Of a stretch of 64,000 nt of DNA, positions 48,901 through 59,082 are shown in pieces. The stretch covers positions 544,001-608,000 of the forward strand of contig CAWFFN010000007.1 of assembly GCA_963815115.1 (NCBI GenBank). The letters run 5' to 3'. The notes beneath the pieces are model-generated. The model saw only the letters and a list, made by a program, of their open reading frames with translations. It ran no database searches and had not been told where the DNA came from. The position numbers were made by a program, and so were the translations under genes. Numbering within the stretch: position 1 is the stretch's first letter; every line of letters starts with the position of its first letter. The stretch is from an uncultured delta proteobacterium. GTDB lineage: Bacteria > Desulfobacterota > Binatia > DP-6.

Positions 48901-49507
48901 GGGGAAGGCCCAGGCGACGACCGAGCGCCTTCACCTCGCCGTTCACCTGCTCCTGCTTGGCGAGGCGGTTGTCCTGGATCTCGAGGTAGTAGCGCCCGTC
49001 GAAGATGCCGGCCATCTCCTCCGCCGCGGCCCGCGCCTTCTCGACCTGGCCGAGCATCAGGTTGTGCGCTACCTCGCCCCGCAGGCAGCCGGAGAGCGCG
49101 ATGATCCCGCCGTTGAGCTCGCGCAGCAGCTCCTTGTCGACCCGCGGCTTGTAGTGGAAGCCCTCGCGGTAGCCCGCGCTGACCAGCCGGCAGAGGTTGC
49201 GGTACCCCTGCCGGTTCATGGCCAGGACGATCATGTGGTAGTTGCCGCCGGCCTCGTAGTCGTCGATGCGTCCGGCCTTGTCGAACCGGCTGCCGGGCGC
49301 GACGTACAGCTCGCAACCGATGATCGGCTTGACGCCCGCCTTCGTCGCCTCGGCGAAGAACTGCACCGCCCCGAACATGTTGCCGTGATCGGTGATGGCG
49401 CAGGCCTCCATGCCGGCGGCTCGCACGCGGGGCATGAGCTCCTTGATCTTGTTCGCCCCGTCGAGCAGCGAGTACTGCGTGTGCAGGTGCAGGTGGACGA
49501 ACGACAT
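45986..49507 (-). CDS. dnaE: DNA polymerase III alpha subunit
   Basis: [16 protein letters not shown] domain, [38 protein letters not shown]. Confidence 0.98.
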   Translation of the reverse strand: MSFVHLHLHTQYSLLDGANKIKELMPRVRAAGMEACAITDHGNMFGAVQFFAEATKAGVKPIIGCELYVAPGSRFDKAGRIDDYEAGGNYHMIVLAMNRQGYRNLCRLVSAGYREGFHYKPRVDKELLRELNGGIIALSGCLRGEVAHNLMLGQVEKARAAAEEMAGIFDGRYYLEIQDNRLAKQEQVNGEVKALGRRLGLPLVGTNDCHYLRPEDAAAHEVLLCIQTGKTLSDERRWKFETDQLYVKDGDDMAQAFADVPEAVANTVDVARRCDFGFEQRWRFPVYQVAPEETLDSALERVARGGLDERLNGRRTLGSDAAVEVRYEERLTYELGVITQMGFAGYFLIVADFINWAKQQGIPVGPGRGSAAGSVVAWALRITDLDPIEHGLLFERFLNPDRRSMPDIDVDFCFVRRDEVIRYVREKYGADRVAQIITFGTLKGKQAIKDVGRVLDFTFAETDRITKLYPEPRQGKDFPLAKALEMEPRLEELRRDGEREGRLFDLALRLEGLLRNASKHAAGIVIAPETLTDHVPLWVDKDGAVVTQYTFTDVESIGLIKFDFLGLKTLTLIEGIVRRIREGRDVALEPSALPLDDEATYRLIAAADTVGVFQLESGGIRRMLTQIQPTCFADLVAVLALYRPGPLDAKLDDGRTMVDVFIARKHGKEPIRYAHPALETILADTYGVIVYQEQVMQIAQALAGYTLGDADNLRRAMGKKKAEEMAKERERFLAGVARQETGSPKLAAEIFDQMETFAAYGFNKSHSAAYAVITYQTAYLKAHYRTEFMAGLLSLEAGDTDSTHKNIAECKASGIAILPPDINESREDFTAAGSAIRFGLGAVKGVGSKAIETVLAARGDGPFTGLHEFCLRVRAQVVNRRVIESLIACGAFDSIERNRARLWAALDDALRWAGVRSQERSSSQLGLFSGGAGLPESSPPAPPQVEPWTPRDELQRERETLGFFITGHPLDRYEGDLRRFTNITVGTLRTKGPDLPAAPSRPGRPEGRPRVRLGGVVHTVKLRNSKKGERYATFVLEDKEGVVEVIAWPDTYRRHEALLEAGSPVVVSGGLDLSADRCQVIADEIAQLDAARAGAVRQVHVRVPLESVGREGLARLRDVLADHPGPCQAFLHLLRPDAPVTILALPETIRVAASAEVLDAVERMLGAGMLSFR

Positions 49508-49555
49508 CACCCCGTGACCCCTCCTCCCGTCGCGTCCTCCCGAGCGCGGGACGGA

Positions 49556-49585
49556 ACGGTAGCGCGCGTGCACGGCGGCGGTCAA
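49556..49585 (-). promoter_or_regulatory. candidate sigma70 promoter for the dnaE operon
   Basis: TTGACC, 18 bp spacer, TACCGT on the minus strand. Confidence 0.45.
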
Positions 49586-49651
49586 CCGCGCCTCGAGTGC
49601 GGGCGGCGGTGCGGCGCCGCCGGTGTGCCCCGGCGGCGCCGCCGCAGCCCT

Positions 49652-50152
49652 TTAGACCTGCAGCGTACCGGTCCGGATGAGATAGGCGAGGCGCGCGCGC
49701 TGCTCCGGGTCGAGCAGGGCGTGCAGCTCGCCGAGGGCCTTCAGCACCGCGTCACGCAGGCGTTCGGCGCTGCGCACGCGCACCGCCGCCGCATCGCCAG
49801 CGACCTGCGGGTCGAAGCTCGCGCCCGCCACGGCGTCGGCCAGTCCGGCCATGGCGCGGCGGCCGTCCACCTCGGCCTGTGCGCGCTCGGTCTTGAGCGC
49901 GTCCAGGATGCGTGCCAGCTCGGCCACCTGTCGCTCGTCGAGGTGCAGCTTGTAGGCGAGGAAGCGGAGCGGGCGGCGGACGCCGAAGGCGCCGGCGCCG
50001 AGCTCGCCGAAGTCACCGGGGGCGGCGTGGCGCTCGCTCCAGCCCGGGTGGCCGCCCTGGGCACGCCAGCCGCCAGCGCCGCAGCCGGCATGGCTTCGCC
50101 ACTCGTGGTGACGGCGGTGGGTGCTCCACCAGTGCATCATCCCTGGGTACAT
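49652..50152 (-). CDS. Spy/CpxP-like helical protein without a signal peptide
   Basis: SD GGAGG; two LTxxQ-like motifs (LDERQ, LDPEQR); His/Trp/Gly-rich N-terminus. Confidence 0.72.
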   Translation of the reverse strand: MYPGMMHWWSTHRRHHEWRSHAGCGAGGWRAQGGHPGWSERHAAPGDFGELGAGAFGVRRPLRFLAYKLHLDERQVAELARILDALKTERAQAEVDGRRAMAGLADAVAGASFDPQVAGDAAAVRVRSAERLRDAVLKALGELHALLDPEQRARLAYLIRTGTLQV

Positions 50153-50279
50153 GATTCCTCCTCTCGCGGGGGCGTCTCGCTCCCGGCGGGGCTCTCGGCG
50201 TGGGCGACATGCCTCACGCTCGCTCGCAGCCTAGCGCTTCCCGAGCGCGAGTCAACGGCCGGCGCCCCGGACGCTGCGC

Positions 50280-51818
<1,539 letters not shown>

Positions 51819-51820
51819 AA

Positions 51821-53317
<1,497 letters not shown>

Positions 53318-53446
53318 TCACGAGCGCCATGGTGCCAAGTAGCAGGCGCGCCAGGGTCGAGCAAGGGCGGCGGCAGTGGCGACCTCCATCGATGAAAGAC
53401 CGCCGGTCCCCGCCATCGTCCCGAGCCCGCCGGCGAAACGGTTCCG

Positions 53447-53881
53447 CTATACCCGAGCCACGGCGCGCAGCGAGAAGGGCCGATATTTCTGAATGAGGCG
53501 AAAGTCCCGGGCGTTGTGCGTGACGACCGTCGCTCCTATGCGGCGCGCCGAGAGGGCGATCAGGACGTCGTTCAGGAGAGCGGGAAGCTTCGAGCGCCAG
53601 GGGCGGTCCTTCCGCTCGATGCTCGTGATGACCTCGGAGGCCTCCACCCAGTCGGGAAACGCGGGGGCGACGACTCGCCCGGTTCGCTGGAGCGGATGGA
53701 TCATCGCGTCGACCAGCCCCCTGGTTTCCGGATCGAGCGCGTTGATCCGGAGCTCGTACGCGACGACGGCGGCCAGGTGGGTGACCGGCAGCAGTGGCAG
53801 GAATGCGCTGCGGAATCTCGCTCTGGCGTCGGCCGACCGGCACGCGTCGACATACACGCTGGTATCGAGGACGACCTTCAC
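53447..53881 (-). CDS. vapC: PIN-domain toxin (VapC family)
   Basis: VVLDTSVYV, VVAYEL, NDVLIA, VVTHNARDF acidic PIN residues. Confidence 0.88.
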   Translation of the reverse strand: MKVVLDTSVYVDACRSADARARFRSAFLPLLPVTHLAAVVAYELRINALDPETRGLVDAMIHPLQRTGRVVAPAFPDWVEASEVITSIERKDRPWRSKLPALLNDVLIALSARRIGATVVTHNARDFRLIQKYRPFSLRAVARV

Positions 53882-54069
53882 CGGTAGACGGTCCGGAAGC
53901 GTCCCGCACGGAGCAAGGCGTCGACCGCTCGCTCGATCTCGTGGTCGTCCAGGGTCTTCTGCAGAGCCCGATGAATCGCCTCGGTGTCCGTCTTCGCCTG
54001 CAGGGCGATCCGGACCCGTTCGATCACATCTCCGTCGAGGTTATACGTCTTCTTCTTCACGGCGCTCAT
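53878..54069 (-). CDS. VapB-like antitoxin (63 aa)
   Basis: MSAVKKKTYNLD...KTDTEAIHRAL RHH-like pattern; GTGA overlap with vapC. Confidence 0.8.
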   Translation of the reverse strand: MSAVKKKTYNLDGDVIERVRIALQAKTDTEAIHRALQKTLDDHEIERAVDALLRAGRFRTVYR

Positions 54070-54137
54070 CGAGAAACTCCCCGTGACCAGTCGATATGGA
54101 CACTCTAGCCGTATCATCTGTACCAAGCAAGCGCGGC

Positions 54138-54686
54138 TCACGCCGCCGCGATCCCGAGGAGCTCGAGCGCCTCGCGCAGCGGCGCCTCGGCCGGGCCGAT
54201 CGGCGCGACCTCGGCCACCCGGAGGCGCGGCAAGGCCCGATCGAACAGGGTCACGTTCGCCCACAGCGACTCGAACGTCGACCACCAGCGGATGCCGTCC
54301 GCGCCGGCCTCGTGAATGGCGAGCGCCTGCGGCTGCGTCACCTCGCGGTGGCGCGTCGCGACCAGCGACGGCCGCAGGCCGCGCTCGGCGAGGCTCTCGG
54401 GCCGGTCGAGATCGACCAGGCCCGCCCGCGGGTCGAGCTCGATCGCCGCCAGCGCCAGCGGGAGGCCGCGCCGCCGGAGCATGCCCGGCACCAGCACGTT
54501 GCCGCGGAACCGCGCCAGCTGCTCGACGACGGCCGACTCCGCGCGCTCGGCCAGGTACAGGCAGCCGTAGCGCTCCGGGTTGTCGTGCCGGCCGTCGCCC
54601 TGGAACGTCCGCGGCATCCACAGCGGACTGCCCGCCTCGCCCGGCGCCGCCCGGCGGTTCCACGCGAAGCAGCGGTGCAGCGTCAC
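54138..54686 (-). CDS. RES-domain toxin
   Basis: GRHD, CLYLAE..ESAVVE, ADGIRWWS, NVTLF give the conserved R-E-S residues. Confidence 0.85.
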   Translation of the reverse strand: MTLHRCFAWNRRAAPGEAGSPLWMPRTFQGDGRHDNPERYGCLYLAERAESAVVEQLARFRGNVLVPGMLRRRGLPLALAAIELDPRAGLVDLDRPESLAERGLRPSLVATRHREVTQPQALAIHEAGADGIRWWSTFESLWANVTLFDRALPRLRVAEVAPIGPAEAPLREALELLGIAAA

Positions 54687-55015
54687 GCGAAGGCGTCGGC
54701 CCGCTCGGCGCGGACCGCCCGCATGAGCTCCTCGACCCGTCCGGTGCGGATCACGTCGATCGGGCGCCGGTCGCCGAGGTGCGGGTTCAGGCCGAAGAGC
54801 CACGCCCGCGCCGCATCCGGCTCGTAGAGGCGAAGCAGGTTCGACCAGACCAGCTCGAGCAGGTCGATCTTCTCGGCGTTGAGCGGGTCGATGCCCGCTC
54901 CACGCAGCCATCGGGTGATCTGCGAGCGGTTCACGCCGAGCAGGTCGGCGATCGCCGATCCGCTGCGGAAGTCGCGCTTCAGGGCGCGGATCTTGGTGGC
55001 GGTCGCGACGGCCAT
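54683..55015 (-). CDS. Xre/MbcA/ParS-type antitoxin
   Basis: HTH (IADLLGVNRSQITRW) plus C-terminal AWLFGLNPHLGDRRPID motif; GTGA overlap with the RES gene. Confidence 0.87.
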   Translation of the reverse strand: MAVATATKIRALKRDFRSGSAIADLLGVNRSQITRWLRGAGIDPLNAEKIDLLELVWSNLLRLYEPDAARAWLFGLNPHLGDRRPIDVIRTGRVEELMRAVRAERADAFA

Positions 55016-55021
55016 GGTCCA

Positions 55022-55050
55022 TTCATAGCGCAACAGAATCTGTTGCACAA
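55022..55050 (-). promoter_or_regulatory. candidate promoter with palindromic operator for Xre-RES
   Basis: TTGTGC, 17 bp spacer, TATGAA, overlapped by the perfect inverted repeat GCAACAGA-A-TCTGTTGC (55030-55046). Confidence 0.65.
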
Positions 55051-55083
55051 TGACGGGGACAGGGCCGGCCGGATGCCCGGTTC

Positions 55084-56253
55084 CTACCGGCCGGGCGGGG
55101 CCGGGACGTCGTACAGCCGGCTCCAGTTGTCCCACAGGATCTTGCGCTTTGCGCCCTCCGTCAGCGGGAGCCCGAGGAAGCTCTGCACCGCCCGCGGATA
55201 CTTCGAGTCGGCGTGGGGATAGTCGGTCGAGAAGACCAGGTTGTCGTCGCCGAAGATATCGACGTACTGCTTCACGGTCTCCTCGTCCGCCTCGACGGAG
55301 AGCCAGCAGTTGCGACGGAAGTACCCCGACGGCTTCATGGTCAGGTCAGGTGCCTCGAACTGCCCCAGCCACTCGTAGTGCTCGTCCAGCCGGTAGAACA
55401 GCCACGGCGCCCACGAGCAGTTGCCCTCGAGGAGCGCGAAGCGGATGCGGGGGAAGCGCTCGCACACGCCGCCGGCGGTCAGGCTCACCGCCGTCGCCAT
55501 GATGCCGAGGGGCTGGCTGAAGGTGTGCCACATCATCAGCCGGTCGAAGATCTCGAGGGAGAAATCCGGGCGCAGGTGATTCTGGCCGCCGCCGTGGAAG
55601 CCCACCGTGACTCCGAGCCGCTCGCACTCCGCCCACAGCGGATCGTAGGCGGGGTGGTGCCAGGGCCGGCGGTTGACGGTGCCGGGGGCGAGGAAGATCG
55701 CCTTGAAGCCGAACGACCGGCAGCGGCGCGTCTCCGCCACCGCCGCGTCGACGTCGTGGGGCGCCACCATGCCGGCCCCGATGAAGCGATCGGGGTGCTC
55801 GGCGCAGAAGTCGTGCAGCCAGTCGTTGTAGGCGCGGGCGATGGCGGCGGCGAACGCCGGCTCGAGGCCGTCCGGCCCCACCATGGCGGGCGTGTCGAGC
55901 CCCAGCACGAAGAGTCCGCGCGTCGGAAACAGGACCGCCAGATCGACTCCCTCGGCGTCCATCGCCTCCCTCTGCGACGCCGGATTCCAGCCCTGGCGCT
56001 CGGCGTGGGTGTACGGTCCCTCGTTCTCCTCCTTCCACGCGTTGCGCTCGCCCAGCGGGCGCACCCCGCCGAGCCGCAGGATCACGTGCGACTTCACCTT
56101 GACGCGCATGTCGCGCCGCATCTCGGTGAGGCCGACCGGGGCCACGTGGCGCCACGCCGGGTCGATGTAGCGCTGCCAGAGGTCGGCAGGCTCGAAGATG
56201 TGCATGTCGCTGTCGGCGACGAGATGGCCATCCGGGGTCACGATCCCCTCCAC
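55084..56253 (-). CDS. amidohydrolase_2 family protein
   Basis: DSDMHIFEP, RAYNDWL, FHGG, FALLEGNCSW, FSTDYPHADS. Confidence 0.9.
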   Translation of the reverse strand: MEGIVTPDGHLVADSDMHIFEPADLWQRYIDPAWRHVAPVGLTEMRRDMRVKVKSHVILRLGGVRPLGERNAWKEENEGPYTHAERQGWNPASQREAMDAEGVDLAVLFPTRGLFVLGLDTPAMVGPDGLEPAFAAAIARAYNDWLHDFCAEHPDRFIGAGMVAPHDVDAAVAETRRCRSFGFKAIFLAPGTVNRRPWHHPAYDPLWAECERLGVTVGFHGGGQNHLRPDFSLEIFDRLMMWHTFSQPLGIMATAVSLTAGGVCERFPRIRFALLEGNCSWAPWLFYRLDEHYEWLGQFEAPDLTMKPSGYFRRNCWLSVEADEETVKQYVDIFGDDNLVFSTDYPHADSKYPRAVQSFLGLPLTEGAKRKILWDNWSRLYDVPAPPGR

Positions 56254-56321
56254 GGTCGGTCGATCGATCGGAGGCGTACAAGACTCGCCGCCGCCCGTCC
56301 AGAGGAGTAGCCTCGCTCTCC

Positions 56322-56834
56322 GTGATCGTCGCCTTCGACGGCCAGCGCCCGCACATCGACCCGACGGCGTACGTCCCCGACGCCGCGGTCGTGGTCGGCG
56401 ACGTCGTCATCGGGCCGCAGTCGAGCCTGTGGTTCCACACCGTCGTGCGCGGCGACGTCCACCACGTGCGCATCGGGGCGCGCAGCAACGTCCAGGACAA
56501 CGCCACGGTGCACGTCGTCGGCGGCCGGCTGCCGACCATCGTCGGCGACGGCGTCACGATCGGTCACAACGCCATCCTCCACGGATGCACCGTCGAGGAC
56601 GGGTGTCTCGTCGGAATGGGCGCCATCGTGCTCGACGCCGTCGTCATCGGCGCCGAGAGCCTGGTCGGCGCCGGCGCGCTGCTGACACCGGGCACCCGCA
56701 TCCCGTCCCGCTCGCTCGTCCTCGGCAGCCCGGCCAAGCCGGTGCGCGCGCTCAGCGACGACGAGCTGGAGCGCCTGCGCGTCTCGGCCGCGAACTACGT
56801 GACCCTCGCGCAACGCTACCGGCAGACCTCGTGA
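56322..56834 (+). CDS. gamma carbonic anhydrase family (YrdA-like)
   Basis: VVRGDV, NVQDNATVH, VTIGHNAILHGC hexapeptide repeats. Confidence 0.92.
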   Translation: MIVAFDGQRPHIDPTAYVPDAAVVVGDVVIGPQSSLWFHTVVRGDVHHVRIGARSNVQDNATVHVVGGRLPTIVGDGVTIGHNAILHGCTVEDGCLVGMGAIVLDAVVIGAESLVGAGALLTPGTRIPSRSLVLGSPAKPVRALSDDELERLRVSAANYVTLAQRYRQTS

Positions 56835-58191
56835 CCGTCTCGTCGCGCCGGCTGCGAAACCGCACCCGGAGCGGCACGCCGACCAGACCGAAGGATTCCA
56901 CGAACCGGGTCCGCAGGTAGCGCGCGTACGCCACCGGGACGCGCGCCGGCGCGCTGGCGAACACGGTCACCTCGGGAGGACGGCTTCCCGTCTGGGTGAC
57001 GTAGAAGAAGCGCAGCGCGCGGCCCTCCGGGCTGGGTGGCGCATGGGTCCCGACCGCGGCGCGCAGCGCGCGATTCAGCTCCGGGGTGGCGAGGCGCGCC
57101 GTGTAGCTGCGCTCGACCTGGATGAGGACGCCGAGGAGCGCGTCCAGCCCCTCTCCCGAGAGCGCCGACACGCAGATCAGGGGCAGGCCGGCGAAGGCGG
57201 GGTGCGCCTCGGCGAGCGTCCCGCGAAACGTGCGCACGTCGCGCGCCGGCCCGCGCACCAGATCCCACTTGTTGGCCAGCAGGATGACGCCGCGCCCCGC
57301 CTCCCACGCCCGGCCGACCAGGCGCGCGTCCTGATCGGTCATGCCTTCCTGCGCGTCCAGCACGAAGAGCGCCAGATCCGCCCGCTCGAGGGCGGCGAGC
57401 GCGCGCACCGCCCCGTGGCGCTCCAGCGTGTCGGTCACTCGCCCGCGCCGGCGGATGCCCGCCGTGTCGATGAGCACGTAGGCTCGCCCGCCGATCCGCA
57501 CGGCGGTATCGGTCGCGTCGCGCGTGGTCCCGGCCTCGGGTGCCACCAGCGCGCGCTCCGTGCCGAGCAGGCGGTTGAGCAGCGACGACTTCCCCACGTT
57601 GGGCCGGCCGAGCAGTGCGAGCGACAGGCCCCCGACGTCCGCGGTGGCCGGGGCCAGCGGTGGCAGGTGGCCCACGACGGCATCGAGCAGCGCCTCGAGC
57701 CCGCGGTTGTGCGCGGCCGAGACGGGGAAGAGCGCCGCGATCCCCGCCCCGTAGAACTCCGCCACCAGCGGCTCGCGTCCCGCCCCGTCGATCTTGTTGA
57801 CCGCGAACAGCACCGGCTTGTCCGCCCTGGCCAGCAGCCGGACGATGTCGCGGTCGGCGTGCGCCAGCCCAGCCGGGCCGTCGAGCACGCACACGACGCA
57901 GTCGGCGTCGCGGACGGCCGCCAGTGCCTGCGCCCGTACCTGGGCCGCCAGCGTGGCCGCGTCGCGCGGCGTCTCGGCGGCGAAGCCCCCCGTGTCGACA
58001 CACAGGAAGGTCCGGCCGCCGTGCGTCGCACGGGCGACCAGCCGATCGCGGGTGACGCCGGGCGCATCGTCGACGATCGCGCGCCGGGCCCCGACGATGC
58101 GGTTGAAGAGCGCCGACTTGCCGACGTTCGGCCGCCCGACGATGGCCACCACCGGCAGATCGGAGGCGAGCGTTTCTACCCGGGCGGCCAT
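56752..58191 (-). CDS. der: ribosome biogenesis GTPase Der (EngA)
   Basis: Two GRPNVGKS G-domains, GVTRD/GTTRD, DTGG/DTAG, C-terminal KH-like domain. Confidence 0.95.
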   Translation of the reverse strand: MAARVETLASDLPVVAIVGRPNVGKSALFNRIVGARRAIVDDAPGVTRDRLVARATHGGRTFLCVDTGGFAAETPRDAATLAAQVRAQALAAVRDADCVVCVLDGPAGLAHADRDIVRLLARADKPVLFAVNKIDGAGREPLVAEFYGAGIAALFPVSAAHNRGLEALLDAVVGHLPPLAPATADVGGLSLALLGRPNVGKSSLLNRLLGTERALVAPEAGTTRDATDTAVRIGGRAYVLIDTAGIRRRGRVTDTLERHGAVRALAALERADLALFVLDAQEGMTDQDARLVGRAWEAGRGVILLANKWDLVRGPARDVRTFRGTLAEAHPAFAGLPLICVSALSGEGLDALLGVLIQVERSYTARLATPELNRALRAAVGTHAPPSPEGRALRFFYVTQTGSRPPEVTVFASAPARVPVAYARYLRTRFVESFGLVGVPLRVRFRSRRDETVTRSAGSVARGSRSSRPRRAGAPARRR

Positions 58192-58197
58192 CTCGCC

Positions 58198-59082
58198 TCA
58201 GAGCCCGAGCTCGCCGAGCCGTCGCGGGTTCTCGCTCCAGCCGGGCTCGACGCGCACGAACAGCTCGAGAAAGACCCGGCTGCCCAGCAGAGCCTCGAGC
58301 GCCTCGCGCGCGTGGCGGCCGATCTCGCGCAGGCGCTCGCCCTTGCTGCCGATCACGATGCCCTTGTGGCTCGGCCGCTCGACCAGGATGGTCACGGCGA
58401 TCACGATCAGCCCTTGCGCCGGCCGCTCCTCGAAGCTTTCCGCGACCGTCGCCGTGCGGTACGGCACCTCGTCGCGGGTCGCGAGAAATACCTGCTCGCG
58501 CACCAGCTCCTGCGCCAGGACGCGTGCCGGCTCCGTGGTGAAGTCGTCCTCGGCATGAAGCCGGGGACCCTCGGGGAGTGCACGGGTCACCAGCTCCAGG
58601 AGCAGCGGCACGTTGTCACCGCGCGTCGCGCTGGCCGGCACGATCTCACGGCCGGGCAGCAGCGCTCCCATCTCGGCCATCGACGGCAGCAGCCGCGAGC
58701 GCGGACCCCGATCCATCTTGTTCAGCACGACGATGGTCGGCAGGCGGGTGGCATCGAGCTCGGCCGCGAGCGCGCGGTCGCCGGCCACCACGCCGGCGCC
58801 GGCATCGAGGACGAGCAGCGCCGCGTCCGCCTCCTCGAGCGCGCGCCGCGCGGTCTCGACCATGCGGCGGTTCAGCGTGGAGCGGGCGTCGTGGATACCG
58901 GGCGTGTCGACGAACACCGCCTGTGCCTCGGGCAGCGTCCGGATGCCGACGACCCGCGTCCGCGTGGTCTGGGGCTTCGGCGTGACGATCGCCACCTTGG
59001 CACCGACGAGCGCGTTCAGGAGGGTCGACTTGCCGACGTTCGGCCGCCCGACGATGGCGACGATGCCTGCCCGGTACGCCAT
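58198..59082 (-). CDS. era: GTPase Era
   Basis: GRPNVGKSTL, KPQTTR, DTPG, NKMD, KH domain GIVIGSKG. Confidence 0.96.
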   Translation of the reverse strand: MAYRAGIVAIVGRPNVGKSTLLNALVGAKVAIVTPKPQTTRTRVVGIRTLPEAQAVFVDTPGIHDARSTLNRRMVETARRALEEADAALLVLDAGAGVVAGDRALAAELDATRLPTIVVLNKMDRGPRSRLLPSMAEMGALLPGREIVPASATRGDNVPLLLELVTRALPEGPRLHAEDDFTTEPARVLAQELVREQVFLATRDEVPYRTATVAESFEERPAQGLIVIAVTILVERPSHKGIVIGSKGERLREIGRHAREALEALLGSRVFLELFVRVEPGWSENPRRLGELGL

